35,432 nt of DNA, taken from a virus. Its lineage: Duplodnaviria; Caudoviricetes. Below, piece after piece: positions 1-9,024 of the stretch. The stretch is from IMG/VR virus record IMGVR_UViG_3300005611_000096, positions 1 to 35,432 of that record; one strand, written 5' to 3'. Every line of letters starts with the position of its first letter. The first letter of the stretch is position 1. The notes beneath the pieces were generated by a model. It searched no databases, was not told the DNA's origin, and saw only the letters and a program-made list of their open reading frames with translations. Made by a program: the position numbers and the translations under genes.

Positions 1-55
1 TGTTATTATATACACACTAATTCCTAATACTGTTGGTTCAAATCCATTCATTTTA
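1..55. repeat. Exact 55-bp copy of 33852..33906
   Basis: Base-by-base identity TGTTATTATATACAC...CCATTCATTTTA; first mismatch at 56 vs 33907. Confidence 0.95.
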
Positions 56-1075
56 ATTTATTTTAAATGCCATATATGAAAATGTATCACCAGCCTTATT
101 AAAACTATCACCTACTAACGTTGCACTTGGAACACTAAAACCTGTAGACGTTAATGTAAGTCCAGTTCCGAATGTAACTTCAGCATTTGCATTATTCCAA
201 TTTAAAACTTTAGTAAGTGTAGGTCCAGTATCTCTTGCTGTATCAAATATTAACCAGTCTGTAGAAGAGGTTGAAGCGTTTTTGATAATTACCATATTTG
301 GCTGAAAACCAACATTTACACTAACAGTTGCATTTGCGCCAGTGAACGTATCTATTTTTGAAAACCCATCTATATTTGAAAACAAAAAGTTTATATAACT
401 ATTACCACTCCCATTTGTTAATTCGTGTGCAAATGTATTATTACTAACATAAAAATTAGTTGCATCTGGAAGTAAACCAAATATATTTGCAGCTCCAGAC
501 AAAGTAAAAGCATTTGTGTAATTACGATAAACATAACCAGTTCCAGTCATCGGTGGATTTACTAAATGACACCAAAATTCTGCTACTGAACCTGAATAAT
601 TTTTTACAGTTTCCATAACAGGAGCTGATGTTAATCCGTGCGAAAGAGCTCTGTTTTGCACTTCATTTCCGCTATAAGTTCTAATAGCCACCCCTGTAGT
701 ATCACTTGCTTGAGGATTATTACTTCCACCTCCAGCTGACCAACAAAAAGCAACATAGTCTCTATTCAATTGATTACTCCCGTTACCGCTACCTAAAGTA
801 AATCCATTTGAATCAAAAGAAGTTAAAAATGTAGAGTTTGTCTCTTCAAAATTATTTAAATTAGGATATAATATTTTACTAGCACCTCTTACGCTATTAT
901 ATTGTCTATGATTGTCACTTACGCTATAAGCTTTAGTCCAAATTATGTCAGGCTGAAACCCCACGTTTATTGATTGTGATGCTCCAGTTCCAGTATAAGT
1001 TACTGCATTAAATCCAACAGGTCCAACAACAGGTTGAGTTGCTTCAGTTTCTATTATTTTTTTATTTACACTCAT
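53..1075 (-). CDS. Tail fibre / receptor-binding-like virion protein, allele A (340 aa, internally duplicated beta-rich domain)
   Basis: G/S/T/N-rich; repeated motifs YTGTG..VGFQPD and FTGAN..VGFQPN; homologous to 33928..34986; follows a fibre chaperone. Confidence 0.75.
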   Translation of the reverse strand: MSVNKKIIETEATQPVVGPVGFNAVTYTGTGASQSINVGFQPDIIWTKAYSVSDNHRQYNSVRGASKILYPNLNNFEETNSTFLTSFDSNGFTLGSGNGSNQLNRDYVAFCWSAGGGSNNPQASDTTGVAIRTYSGNEVQNRALSHGLTSAPVMETVKNYSGSVAEFWCHLVNPPMTGTGYVYRNYTNAFTLSGAANIFGLLPDATNFYVSNNTFAHELTNGSGNSYINFLFSNIDGFSKIDTFTGANATVSVNVGFQPNMVIIKNASTSSTDWLIFDTARDTGPTLTKVLNWNNANAEVTFGTGLTLTSTGFSVPSATLVGDSFNKAGDTFSYMAFKIN

Positions 1076-1521
1076 TATATTATACTTGGTAAATCATAAC
1101 TCATAACTGCTTTTTTAGTAGTTAAAGCATTGATTTCATTTTCTACAACTTCTGATTGGTCTCTTAATGCTTGTCTTGCTGAAGTTATATCAGCAGGTAT
1201 TGCATCTCCTGTTTCTTGATTTCTTATAATATACCAATCTGTTTTAGCAAGTTCAGCTCCAATCCTATGTTTAAAGTTATTTATTTGCTGCTCTTTTAAT
1301 TCAGCTAAAGTTAACACCCAAGTTTTATTTGAAATATCTTTAGTAAAAGTTTCACTTGCAGAATCAAAATATAACTCACCTAAATCTTCTACTCTTGAAT
1401 CGTAATCTGGAATTATTACATCATAAAAACCATAAGTCTTTAATTGCTCATCTGAAAGTAAATCAAATCCTCCAAGAACATTTCCCCAAGAAGATGGAAG
1501 TTTACTGTATTGTTTAATTTG
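1041..1521. repeat. Near-identical copy of 34952..35432 (chaperone plus first 12 codons of the fibre); last 77 bp (1445..1521 = 35356..35432) exact
   Basis: Direct alignment at constant offset 33911, with clustered substitutions. Confidence 0.95.
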
Positions 1522-1545
1522 TCCGTTTATATTTATTGCTTTCAT
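1075..1545 (-). CDS. Tail fibre assembly chaperone-like protein, allele A
   Basis: TDWY...RQALRD motif typical of phage tail-fibre assembly chaperones; TAATG coupling to the fibre gene. Confidence 0.7.
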   Translation of the reverse strand: MKAININGQIKQYSKLPSSWGNVLGGFDLLSDEQLKTYGFYDVIIPDYDSRVEDLGELYFDSASETFTKDISNKTWVLTLAELKEQQINNFKHRIGAELAKTDWYIIRNQETGDAIPADITSARQALRDQSEVVENEINALTTKKAVMSYDLPSII

Positions 1546-1549
1546 ATTA

Positions 1550-2080
1550 TTATGGTGTTGTATCTGATGTATATGTTATTACTGAATAATTAAATACTGC
1601 ATCTGCTGAATCATCTACACAAGCTATTTGTAAAAAGTTACTTCCAGTTCCATCATATTCAGAAGTACCTACTCTGTTAAATGTTTCACTTGTAGCAGCA
1701 TCACTGTCAAGTGTAATTGTTTGTGAACCTGTTAGTCCATATATTCCAATTACTTGTCCTTGTTTAAAATTAGTAAAATCTAATTCTAATGCTCCTGTTA
1801 ATGAAGCAGTAAATTCAAATGTAGTTCCAGCTGACCAGTCAATGCTAACTGCTCCTGAAGTATCTGATTTCTCTACTTTAGCTGTATATCTATCTTCTAT
1901 TTTATCAAATGTTACATTGTCGTTTGCAAGTTTAGCTGTAGTCACCGCTCCATCAGCAACACCTCCTGCACCATTATATAACTCTGTAAAGTTATCATTG
2001 GTTTTATCCATAGCGGTTCTTAACGGGTCACCTGTTCCATCGTTTGCCGAAGTACCTATATTTATTGTTTGTTTTGCCAT
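1550..2080 (-). CDS. Short fibre / baseplate-associated structural protein
   Basis: N-terminal INIGTSANDGTGDPLRTAMDKTNDNFTELY motif resembling T4 gp9/gp10-type N-termini; VTTAKLA repeat. Confidence 0.7.
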   Translation of the reverse strand: MAKQTINIGTSANDGTGDPLRTAMDKTNDNFTELYNGAGGVADGAVTTAKLANDNVTFDKIEDRYTAKVEKSDTSGAVSIDWSAGTTFEFTASLTGALELDFTNFKQGQVIGIYGLTGSQTITLDSDAATSETFNRVGTSEYDGTGSNFLQIACVDDSADAVFNYSVITYTSDTTP

Positions 2081-2091
2081 TTTATTTTATT

Positions 2092-2259
2092 TTAATATAC
2101 TGTTGCGTCTGCTGTTAAAGTTGTGCTATCTGCACTAAATAATGTCGTATCTACCGTCAAGTATGAGCCGTCTGCATCAAAAGGATATATTATACCCCAT
2201 CCATTCGCTTCATTAACGTTCCCAAACCAACTTACACTATATATTGACCCGAATGACAT
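2092..2259 (-). CDS. 55-aa small virion-associated protein (not in ORF track)
   Basis: Hand translation MSFGSIYSVSWFGNVNEANGWGIIYPFDADGSYLTVDTTLFSADSTTLTADATVY; fills the gap; C-terminus resembles that of 11194..14169. Confidence 0.7.
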   Translation of the reverse strand: MSFGSIYSVSWFGNVNEANGWGIIYPFDADGSYLTVDTTLFSADSTTLTADATVY

Positions 2260-2338
2260 CTTTTATCTTTTTTAAATAACTACTTAATTTAAATTCGTTT
2301 TCTTTCTTTGGCTTATATGTTTGCTTGTTATTTTTCAT
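2237..2338 (-). CDS. 33-aa basic micro-ORF (not in ORF track)
   Basis: MKNNKQTYKPKKENEFKLSSYLKKIKDVIRVNI; ATGA overlap with the upstream stop. Confidence 0.45.
   Translation of the reverse strand: MKNNKQTYKPKKENEFKLSSYLKKIKDVIRVNI
2276..2299 (-). promoter_or_regulatory. Putative late promoter (AACG-N15-GTTAT)
   Basis: Matches the motif shared by several structural-gene upstream regions. Confidence 0.45.
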
Positions 2339-2832
2339 AAAACCCAATTAGTAAAATTAACATCTCTTTCAGGATACATACCTCCATCTTGACTTCCTAT
2401 ATAATCAGGATAAAGGTCTAAATTATCATCCATGTAATCAATAAATCTTTTAGCATAAAAGTCTGCTGTTTCTGTAGCATGTTTAGTTAGTTTTGTTATT
2501 TCACTTTCTGAAACAGAAGTTGCATTTTCGCTATTATGTTTATATATACCTCCATTTGATATTTGATAAGCAGCATAAGGTAAATATGTTGCTTGTGTGT
2601 ACCAAATAAGCATTGGTTTAATATATGTGTTGATTAATGTTTCATTTACACTTGATAATGTACTATTTATTACTTGAGTTTGTAGTGCATCATAAAACCT
2701 TGTACCTAAATAATTTTGTATATAAGTATCTTGAGCTACTTCTACAAACTGTATGAGTTTATCAGTATCTACATTCCCATCTATGATGGATTTTCTTTTT
2801 AGTTCTTCTAATGTAATAAATAATGCTTTCAT
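2335..2832 (-). CDS. Head-tail connector/adaptor protein
   Basis: FITLEELK-type N-terminus, helical, directly downstream of the portal. Confidence 0.6.
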   Translation of the reverse strand: MKALFITLEELKRKSIIDGNVDTDKLIQFVEVAQDTYIQNYLGTRFYDALQTQVINSTLSSVNETLINTYIKPMLIWYTQATYLPYAAYQISNGGIYKHNSENATSVSESEITKLTKHATETADFYAKRFIDYMDDNLDLYPDYIGSQDGGMYPERDVNFTNWVL

Positions 2833-4562
2833 TTTTTATAATTTGGATGATGTCCTCTGTTTGCCATATCTTTTGGTGCAATTTCGACCTCTGGAGCGTT
2901 TTTAGGCTCTTTTAAGCCATCTTTTATTGCTTCTTGTTCACTAACCAGGTTATTATCAGAAACCTTCTTCTTATATACCTTTAATTCCCAATAGTGATGA
3001 CAATTTACACCGCCTTTATACTTAAATAATGAATAGTTCTGTCCTTTATGACCTAATTCTTTATTTACACCTCTAAAAGACATCATATTTATATCTTCTT
3101 TTCTAAATACTAAATTTTGACCTGTTAATAGCTCCATTCTTTGACAAAAACGTCTGCTATCTGCTGAATTTCTTACAGGACCATAAGAATATCTAACCTT
3201 ATATGTTGAATTATCCTGTGATGATACACTATTAGGTTTAGCATCATCTTTTGACACTTCTGCAAGTTTAGTAAAGTCAAATTCTGCTTCTGTATCTTCT
3301 ACTTTCTCTGTATGTATAAGTTCCCAGTCATTTTCATCTACTTTTTCACCTAAACTTTCAAGTTGAGATAGTAAATCATCACCCTCTTCATCATTAAAGT
3401 CATTTTTCTCTTGTGATGATAGCTTTTCACCTGTTTCTTCTTCTCTTTTAATCTTTGTTTCAATATTATCAAGTTCTGTAAACTCAATTGGTTGTAGAGT
3501 AACAAAGTAAAGATTAAGATTTATACCGTTAAATGCTAATAATTCATTAAAAGCATTAATTAATAGTGTTTGAAATGGTCTAATAACAATATTATCCATT
3601 AAAACAGATGCAGTTCTTAACTCTTCTGCATTATTTCCAAAACCAGTGTTATCTTTTATACCAAGAAGTATAGGAGAAACAACACCGTGACCAATCATTA
3701 TCTTTTCTCTTGATTCTTTTGCTAAAAACTCATATTGAGCATGAGCATCTGGTAAGTTAATTGGTTCTACATTAGCTTGAGCTTCACTATCTTCATTAAA
3801 ACATAAAATAAATTTACCTGCATTAGAAGACCCACTAAACTTCTCATATATTTTAGATTCTATAATCTGTTGAGCTTCATCTGATGGAATACCATTGTTA
3901 AAGTTAAGTAACATTGATGGCTGCAATCCATTTTTTATGTTGTTTATGTGATAGTTTGATACTTCCTCTTCAAGTGAACAATATTGTAAACATCCTTGAT
4001 AATCTACTGGAGAATAATAATAAAAACCAGCTTTATATGGTTTTACACAATACATCTCTACAGTTTCACTTTTTCTACCAAATTTATATGCTGGTATTCT
4101 TTTAGGTTTATCAGATGGTTTTAACTCATTCCATTTAGGATGATAATAATATGCTTGTATCTTTCCGTCTTTTGCTTTTTCCGCTCTTAATGTTTCAGTA
4201 GGAAAATGCTTAAGGTGCATAATTTTAGTTTTTCTTTTATTATATACAACTTGTATTGCAGCTTGTCCAAGCAACTTTAAATCACTTACAATTCTTCTTA
4301 CATCTTTATCTTGAAGTATTTGTTGCATTTGACCAAACTGAACAGCATTGTCTTCTGAATCTGTTGCATTTAATCCTCTACCATAAATTAAATCAGATAT
4401 ACCATTAACACATCTTGAGTTAGTTGGACTACCTGTATATTTTTCTATTAGCTCACCAAAATAGTTATTGCTATCACCATATTCTACCCAATCATATCTG
4501 GTAGATTCTTTTATAGAAGGCGTTTCATAACCTGATAGGTTTATTATTTTTACTTTGTTCAT
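2829..4562 (-). CDS. Portal protein with C-terminal Cys/His extension
   Basis: 577 aa; portal-like motifs (SPTNSRC, KFSGSSNAGK, GHGVVSPILLG); acidic linker, then SRRFC...GGVNCHHYW. Confidence 0.8.
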   Translation of the reverse strand: MNKVKIINLSGYETPSIKESTRYDWVEYGDSNNYFGELIEKYTGSPTNSRCVNGISDLIYGRGLNATDSEDNAVQFGQMQQILQDKDVRRIVSDLKLLGQAAIQVVYNKRKTKIMHLKHFPTETLRAEKAKDGKIQAYYYHPKWNELKPSDKPKRIPAYKFGRKSETVEMYCVKPYKAGFYYYSPVDYQGCLQYCSLEEEVSNYHINNIKNGLQPSMLLNFNNGIPSDEAQQIIESKIYEKFSGSSNAGKFILCFNEDSEAQANVEPINLPDAHAQYEFLAKESREKIMIGHGVVSPILLGIKDNTGFGNNAEELRTASVLMDNIVIRPFQTLLINAFNELLAFNGINLNLYFVTLQPIEFTELDNIETKIKREEETGEKLSSQEKNDFNDEEGDDLLSQLESLGEKVDENDWELIHTEKVEDTEAEFDFTKLAEVSKDDAKPNSVSSQDNSTYKVRYSYGPVRNSADSRRFCQRMELLTGQNLVFRKEDINMMSFRGVNKELGHKGQNYSLFKYKGGVNCHHYWELKVYKKKVSDNNLVSEQEAIKDGLKEPKNAPEVEIAPKDMANRGHHPNYKK

Positions 4563-4924
4563 ATTATTATATATTTTTGGTCATCCGTATCAGTTCCAAC
4601 ATATTCATTGTATTTATTACTGTTTAATGTGTGGTCTGTTGTATTATCAGTTTGAGATGTGCAATATGCCTTACCTCTGTATAATAAAGTACTTCCTTGT
4701 TTAAGTTCAAACGAATAACTGTTTTCAGCAGTTAAAATACTAAATGCAATAGACATCTGCAAGAAATTACCATTAGATGATAATGAAGATGTAATGTCAT
4801 TTATTGTTTGAGTTTTTCTTGTACCGTCTTCTACGATAACCATAGATAAGTCACTAGCAACTGTATATGCTCGTGGTATTATACTTATTGTTTGAGAATC
4901 TGTTGTAGGTGATAATCTTATCAT
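4559..4924 (-). CDS. Small structural protein (head closure / neck candidate)
   Basis: Between major tail and portal genes; start moved to MIRLSP because the promoter motif overlaps the ORF-track start. Confidence 0.5.
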   Translation of the reverse strand: MIRLSPTTDSQTISIIPRAYTVASDLSMVIVEDGTRKTQTINDITSSLSSNGNFLQMSIAFSILTAENSYSFELKQGSTLLYRGKAYCTSQTDNTTDHTLNSNKYNEYVGTDTDDQKYIII

Positions 4925-4930
4925 ATCTAT

Positions 4931-4955
4931 ATAACTCAATATGTTTAATTATGTT
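4931..4955 (-). promoter_or_regulatory. Putative late promoter (AACA-N16-GTTAT)
   Basis: Just downstream of a terminator and 6 nt upstream of the ATG. Confidence 0.55.
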
Positions 4956-4956
4956 C

Positions 4957-4980
4957 AAAAAAAAAGAGGCAAACTGCCTC
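4957..4980 (-). terminator. Rho-independent terminator after the major tail gene
   Basis: GAGGCA-gtt-TGCCTC stem followed by T9 on the minus strand. Confidence 0.8.
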
Positions 4981-5005
4981 CTTTTCTTTTAAGAACATTC
5001 TATGT

Positions 5006-5554
5006 TTAAGAATTAGTACCTACTGTTACAGTTACAGTTGCACTTGACATACCTGCGTATGGGTCAGCTGCTGTAGGTGAAGCTACAAAGTTAGCTGGTT
5101 TTGTTTCCATACCAGTTAATGTTAATGTATATCCACTTAAGTCTCCCATAGCAGCACCAGTTACAATTGTACCTCCTGATACATCTGCACCATGTTCAAG
5201 TCCTACTACCATAACGTTTCCGTTGTAATCTTCAACAGCAACGTGAGGTCTTCCATAAGCTAATAACTTTAATTCTTTATTATCTTCTTTAGATAACTTC
5301 TTAAGAGTTAAGTTAAGTGTTTGCTCATAGAATACAGTTCCGTTTTCTCTTGAAGCGTTTACTGTTTGTTCTAAAGATGAGTTTCCTTTTACTTCATATT
5401 TAAATGCTGTAAAAGTTCCTGACATATCAGTAATTTCATCATCTGTTAATGTTACAGTACCAAAGTCTCCGAAATCAGTAAAATAAACTGCTTTTATTCC
5501 ACCAACTACATCTTTACAAGGTTCTTTTCTACCTAATGTTAAATCACAAGCCAT
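5006..5554 (-). CDS. Major tail (tube) protein
   Basis: 182 aa; MACDLTLGRKEPCKDVVGGIK start; G-rich beta C-terminus GAAMGDLSGYTLTLTG; flanked by terminators. Confidence 0.65.
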   Translation of the reverse strand: MACDLTLGRKEPCKDVVGGIKAVYFTDFGDFGTVTLTDDEITDMSGTFTAFKYEVKGNSSLEQTVNASRENGTVFYEQTLNLTLKKLSKEDNKELKLLAYGRPHVAVEDYNGNVMVVGLEHGADVSGGTIVTGAAMGDLSGYTLTLTGMETKPANFVASPTAADPYAGMSSATVTVTVGTNS

Positions 5555-5570
5555 AATTTTTATATTTTAT

Positions 5571-5609
5571 AAAAAAAGGCAGGTAGTATAATGCCCACCT
5601 ACCTTTTTT
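5571..5609 (-). terminator. Terminator/attenuator between capsid and major tail genes
   Basis: GGTAGGTGG...CTACCTGCC stem (two G-U pairs) plus T7. Confidence 0.7.
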
Positions 5610-5628
5610 AAGTTGAACAATTTATTTA

Positions 5629-6573
5629 TTATGCAGTAGCGTATAATACAATATCACCACCTATTCCATGCTGAATACCAGCAGTAAATCTCATTACGAC
5701 TCTTACGTTTTGAGAACCATCAAGGTCAGCCATATCAATTACTTTTACTTCGTTTTGGTCAGATAATAAACCAGTTCCAAAGAATAAGTTTGATTTTTCA
5801 GCTGCTACAGCGTCATTGTCAGATAATCCAGGAGCGTGAACTACTTGGATACCATCAAATGATAAACCGCTACCCATATTGTACCATTGAGTACCTTGGT
5901 TGTTAGTACCTGCTGCTCCTAAACCAGATGCGCCAAAACCACCTAATGCTCTTACGTAGTTTCTATACATATTTCCTGGTAAGTAGATAGTCATATCTTC
6001 TGCACCATATACAGCAGATGGAATTGCATCAGCAATTTTACCAAGCTCCTCTATAATATTAGCTGCAGTAGATGCAGTACCTGTTACATCATTTACGTCA
6101 CCATCTGCAGTTAAAGTAGTAACAAATCCGTCAAATTGACCAGATGTTGCGTTAGTACCTGTCCAGATGTTAGTTTCAATTCTTTGAGCTACTTTGTCTG
6201 CTACGTGAGCAATTAAAAAGTCAGAGAAAGAAGGAGGTAAGTTATCAAATGCAGAGAATCCCATTTGAGCTGCTTCCCAGTCACTTCTAAAGTCTTTCTT
6301 ACATAACTCAAGGTTTACTTGAAACTCTTCAGGTTGTAAGATTCTTTCTGATAATGTCAATACATCTGCTTCACCTGAAAAGTCACAAGTTGCGTCTTTT
6401 ACAAGGTCTCCTGAAACAGCTTTTTTCATTACCTGCTTATATTTAACGTTAGGTACAGTTGTAATGTTACCTTCAGCTAAAGTTTTACCACTTAATAGTG
6501 CTGCAGAAATATATTTCCCTGCAAATTCACCAGCGTAAGTAGTAGTTATTGGTGTGTTTAAACTATTTGCCAT
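5629..6573 (-). CDS. Major capsid protein
   Basis: 314 aa; HK97-fold-like features (IAHVADKVAQRIETNIWTG..FDG); follows scaffold and protease; terminator downstream. Confidence 0.8.
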   Translation of the reverse strand: MANSLNTPITTTYAGEFAGKYISAALLSGKTLAEGNITTVPNVKYKQVMKKAVSGDLVKDATCDFSGEADVLTLSERILQPEEFQVNLELCKKDFRSDWEAAQMGFSAFDNLPPSFSDFLIAHVADKVAQRIETNIWTGTNATSGQFDGFVTTLTADGDVNDVTGTASTAANIIEELGKIADAIPSAVYGAEDMTIYLPGNMYRNYVRALGGFGASGLGAAGTNNQGTQWYNMGSGLSFDGIQVVHAPGLSDNDAVAAEKSNLFFGTGLLSDQNEVKVIDMADLDGSQNVRVVMRFTAGIQHGIGGDIVLYATA

Positions 6574-6588
6574 TTTAAATTAATTTAA

Positions 6589-7083
6589 TTATTTACTATT
6601 TATTGCGTTTAATACTCTATTGTAAGTAGTGTTTTTATTTGCATTAGGAGCGAACCTAACACCAATTTTCTCACTTACTTCGTTTTCTGGTGAATGAGAG
6701 ATTGCTTCAGCTGGTTCATCAGCAGATAGTTCTTGTGGAACTTCTTCTTTAGCCTCTTCTTTAGCTTCAATCATACCTTTTAATTTCTCTACCATAGATT
6801 TAAGTTCAGCGACTTCATCTTTAGTAGCATACTCTACAGCAGGAGACTCTTCTACGATGTTTTCTTCGTAGTTGTCCTCTTGTAGTTCTTCAGCACCTTC
6901 TTCTGCAGAATATGTAATTTTTTGTACATTAGCAGCAGGAGCTTCCTCTTTATTCTCCTCTTTAGCTTCTTTTTTAGCTTTAGGAGCTTCTTCTTTTAAC
7001 TCAACTTCAGGAGTGTTTTCTTCTTCTTTAGATGAAGATAAAAGAACATCTTTGATTTTAGTTACAATTTCACTTGCTTTCAT
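6589..7083 (-). CDS. Capsid scaffolding-like acidic protein
   Basis: E-rich, coiled coil, short basic helical C-terminus, immediately upstream of the capsid gene. Confidence 0.6.
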   Translation of the reverse strand: MKASEIVTKIKDVLLSSSKEEENTPEVELKEEAPKAKKEAKEENKEEAPAANVQKITYSAEEGAEELQEDNYEENIVEESPAVEYATKDEVAELKSMVEKLKGMIEAKEEAKEEVPQELSADEPAEAISHSPENEVSEKIGVRFAPNANKNTTYNRVLNAINSK

Positions 7084-7102
7084 AAGATTCTTATTTATAG
7101 TT

Positions 7103-7126
7103 ATTACTGATTTTAAATACTTTGTT
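7103..7126 (-). promoter_or_regulatory. Putative late promoter (AACA-N15-GTAAT)
   Basis: Intergenic, upstream of scaffold and capsid genes; one mismatch to the motif. Confidence 0.45.
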
Positions 7127-7132
7127 GTATTT

Positions 7133-7609
7133 TTATGCTTTCTTTTGAATTACAAACCATTCAGTTCCATTACACCAAACCATTATTCCTTCGTATGCTT
7201 TATTTATTCTATAAGCATTTGTTGAGCCATCTAAATTTTGTCCAGCAGCAGGAGTTAAATCTGCGTGTGTACTGTTGTGAAATGTAGAATCAGATATAAT
7301 TCTTTTCACTCTATTAAGATTTTTTGCAGCTGTTGCATCTGGTAGAGTAAGTTCCATAGTTCCATTTTCTCCAGACCAAGAAAGAACAATAAGTTCTACC
7401 TCATCATAAGTAGAGTCGTTTAAATCTACAGTTCCACCTGCTACACTTACTGTCAAAGTAGTAGGGTCTAGATGATTTACAATGTAATGCTGTAATTCTT
7501 CTGTTGTAATTTTTTTAGTTTCGGATGAATGCACAATAGGCATATTTTCTGTCCCATCTATATTAGCAGCTGTTACTGCGTTTAATTGTGATATTTTTTT
7601 ATCTGCCAT
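7133..7609 (-). CDS. Head fibre / decoration-like protein
   Basis: MADKKISQL N-terminus and LTLPDAT...CNGTEWFVI C-terminus, typical of short phage fibre proteins. Confidence 0.55.
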   Translation of the reverse strand: MADKKISQLNAVTAANIDGTENMPIVHSSETKKITTEELQHYIVNHLDPTTLTVSVAGGTVDLNDSTYDEVELIVLSWSGENGTMELTLPDATAAKNLNRVKRIISDSTFHNSTHADLTPAAGQNLDGSTNAYRINKAYEGIMVWCNGTEWFVIQKKA

Positions 7610-7827
7610 TATTCTAAAATTATTTTATCGTTATTTTCTGCTAATATTTTACCTCTGTTTTCTTGTAATAAATAATTACTTGTCTTATGTATGCTTCCTA
7701 TTCCTTGTGCTTCAAGTGTACCATCACAACATTTTCTTGAATATGTTCTTCCATCAGGACATAAACAAGCTCTTGATGAACTTCTTGGAGAAGAATAACT
7801 TAATGTTGCATTTTTTCTTCTTCTCAT
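7609..7827 (-). CDS. Small Cys-rich protein (72 aa)
   Basis: RACLCPDGRTYSRKCCDG plus LLQEN..ILAEN..IILE tail; ATGA coupling favours the 7827 start. Confidence 0.65.
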   Translation of the reverse strand: MRRRKNATLSYSSPRSSSRACLCPDGRTYSRKCCDGTLEAQGIGSIHKTSNYLLQENRGKILAENNDKIILE

Positions 7828-8990
7828 TTTATTGGAACACAATTAGGCACTTTTCTACCATCTTTATCTTTCATACCTATCTGCTCATATCCATCCTGGC
7901 AAGGAGCTTTTAGATTGTGTTCCTCACAAGGCATATACCAAGTGTCACCTTCGTACTCGTGTGTATGATACCCTGAACAGCCAATATCTTCAGCAGCTTT
8001 TTCTGCTTCTTCTTGAGTTGTATAAGCAGCTCTTCCATCAATAATAGTTGATGCTGCTTCTATTGCATCAAGTCCTTTAAGTTTAGATGTTACCCAAGTT
8101 AACATTGATTTACCTCCCCATAATAAATATGAGATAGTTCCACAAGCTTCATTATTTCCTTCCTGATAATAAGCAGAAGCTCTTGATAAATATGAATATA
8201 TGCGTTTAAGAGTAGGTAAAGTAAATTTTTCTCCTCTTTCAAGTTGTCTTGCTCTAACCTTACCAACTTGAGTTGCACATTTATTATTTACAGCTTCATT
8301 GTATTTAATTCCTCTTTTAGCGTTGTTTTTTGCAGACTGTGGATATCCTCCATAAGATTCAAGTTCTACTTCTTCAGATAAACTTGCCAGTACTTCTGCT
8401 AATTCAAACTCTGCATTAAGTTCACTTAAACATTCATTACAAAGATTTTCTTCTATACTTTCTTTTGGTCTTTCCAGTCCATCAGCAAAGTAACCTTCTA
8501 TAGAGAATCCTTTTACTTCTCCTTCTTTAACTGCTCTCCATACATCATCGTTTAATACTTTCATTGATACCATCCAAGTTCCTTTTGGTAGGTCAAATCC
8601 ATAAGCAGATGCTTTATCATTCTTTGGGTCTTCAATAAGCCAAGATTCTACAACAGACATATCTGATAATTCAAATGAATGTTCAAATGTAGAATTTCTA
8701 TGTTTGCTTTTAATAAAGAATAATTCTGATGCTTTTCTTACTGTATCTTCAGAGAAATATATGTAGTAATCTTCATCATCAGTACCTTTTCTAAATATCT
8801 TCTTGTTAGGAATAAGTGCAGGACCCATAAGTATTCTTTGTTCTGCATCTACTTCAGCAAGTTTAATATCTTTATGTTCTTTTAGTGCAATAAAGTCTTC
8901 TTCTATTGCAGGATTTTCAACGACAGAGATAGCTTCAATACCGCTAATCTCATTTTCTTCGTCTATAATAAGTTCTATTATTTTTTCCAT
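7824..8990 (-). CDS. Prohead protease (XkdF-like serine protease) with C-terminal accessory modules
   Basis: ISVVENPAIE, GPALIPNK, VESW, LPKGTW, VKGFSIEG motifs. Confidence 0.75.
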   Translation of the reverse strand: MEKIIELIIDEENEISGIEAISVVENPAIEEDFIALKEHKDIKLAEVDAEQRILMGPALIPNKKIFRKGTDDEDYYIYFSEDTVRKASELFFIKSKHRNSTFEHSFELSDMSVVESWLIEDPKNDKASAYGFDLPKGTWMVSMKVLNDDVWRAVKEGEVKGFSIEGYFADGLERPKESIEENLCNECLSELNAEFELAEVLASLSEEVELESYGGYPQSAKNNAKRGIKYNEAVNNKCATQVGKVRARQLERGEKFTLPTLKRIYSYLSRASAYYQEGNNEACGTISYLLWGGKSMLTWVTSKLKGLDAIEAASTIIDGRAAYTTQEEAEKAAEDIGCSGYHTHEYEGDTWYMPCEEHNLKAPCQDGYEQIGMKDKDGRKVPNCVPIK

Positions 8991-8996
8991 ATCTAA

Positions 8997-9021
8997 ATAA
9001 CTATATTGAGTTCATTTTGTT
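8997..9021 (-). promoter_or_regulatory. Putative late promoter (AACA-N16-GTTAT)
   Basis: Fills the intergenic gap; GTTATTTAGATATG parallels GTTATATAGATATG at 4922..4935. Confidence 0.55.
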
Positions 9022-9024
9022 TTA

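Noticed and set aside
53-1075. Diversity-generating retroelement or invertase shufflon as the source of the two fibre versions
   Set aside because: No reverse transcriptase or site-specific recombinase recognised; differences are not adenine-specific; copies are in direct orientation
6601-7585. Scattered TA(C/T)TGCGTTTAA copies as proof of a genome-wide signal
   Set aside because: These two encode LNAI/LNAV and may reflect coding constraint; kept only as weak support
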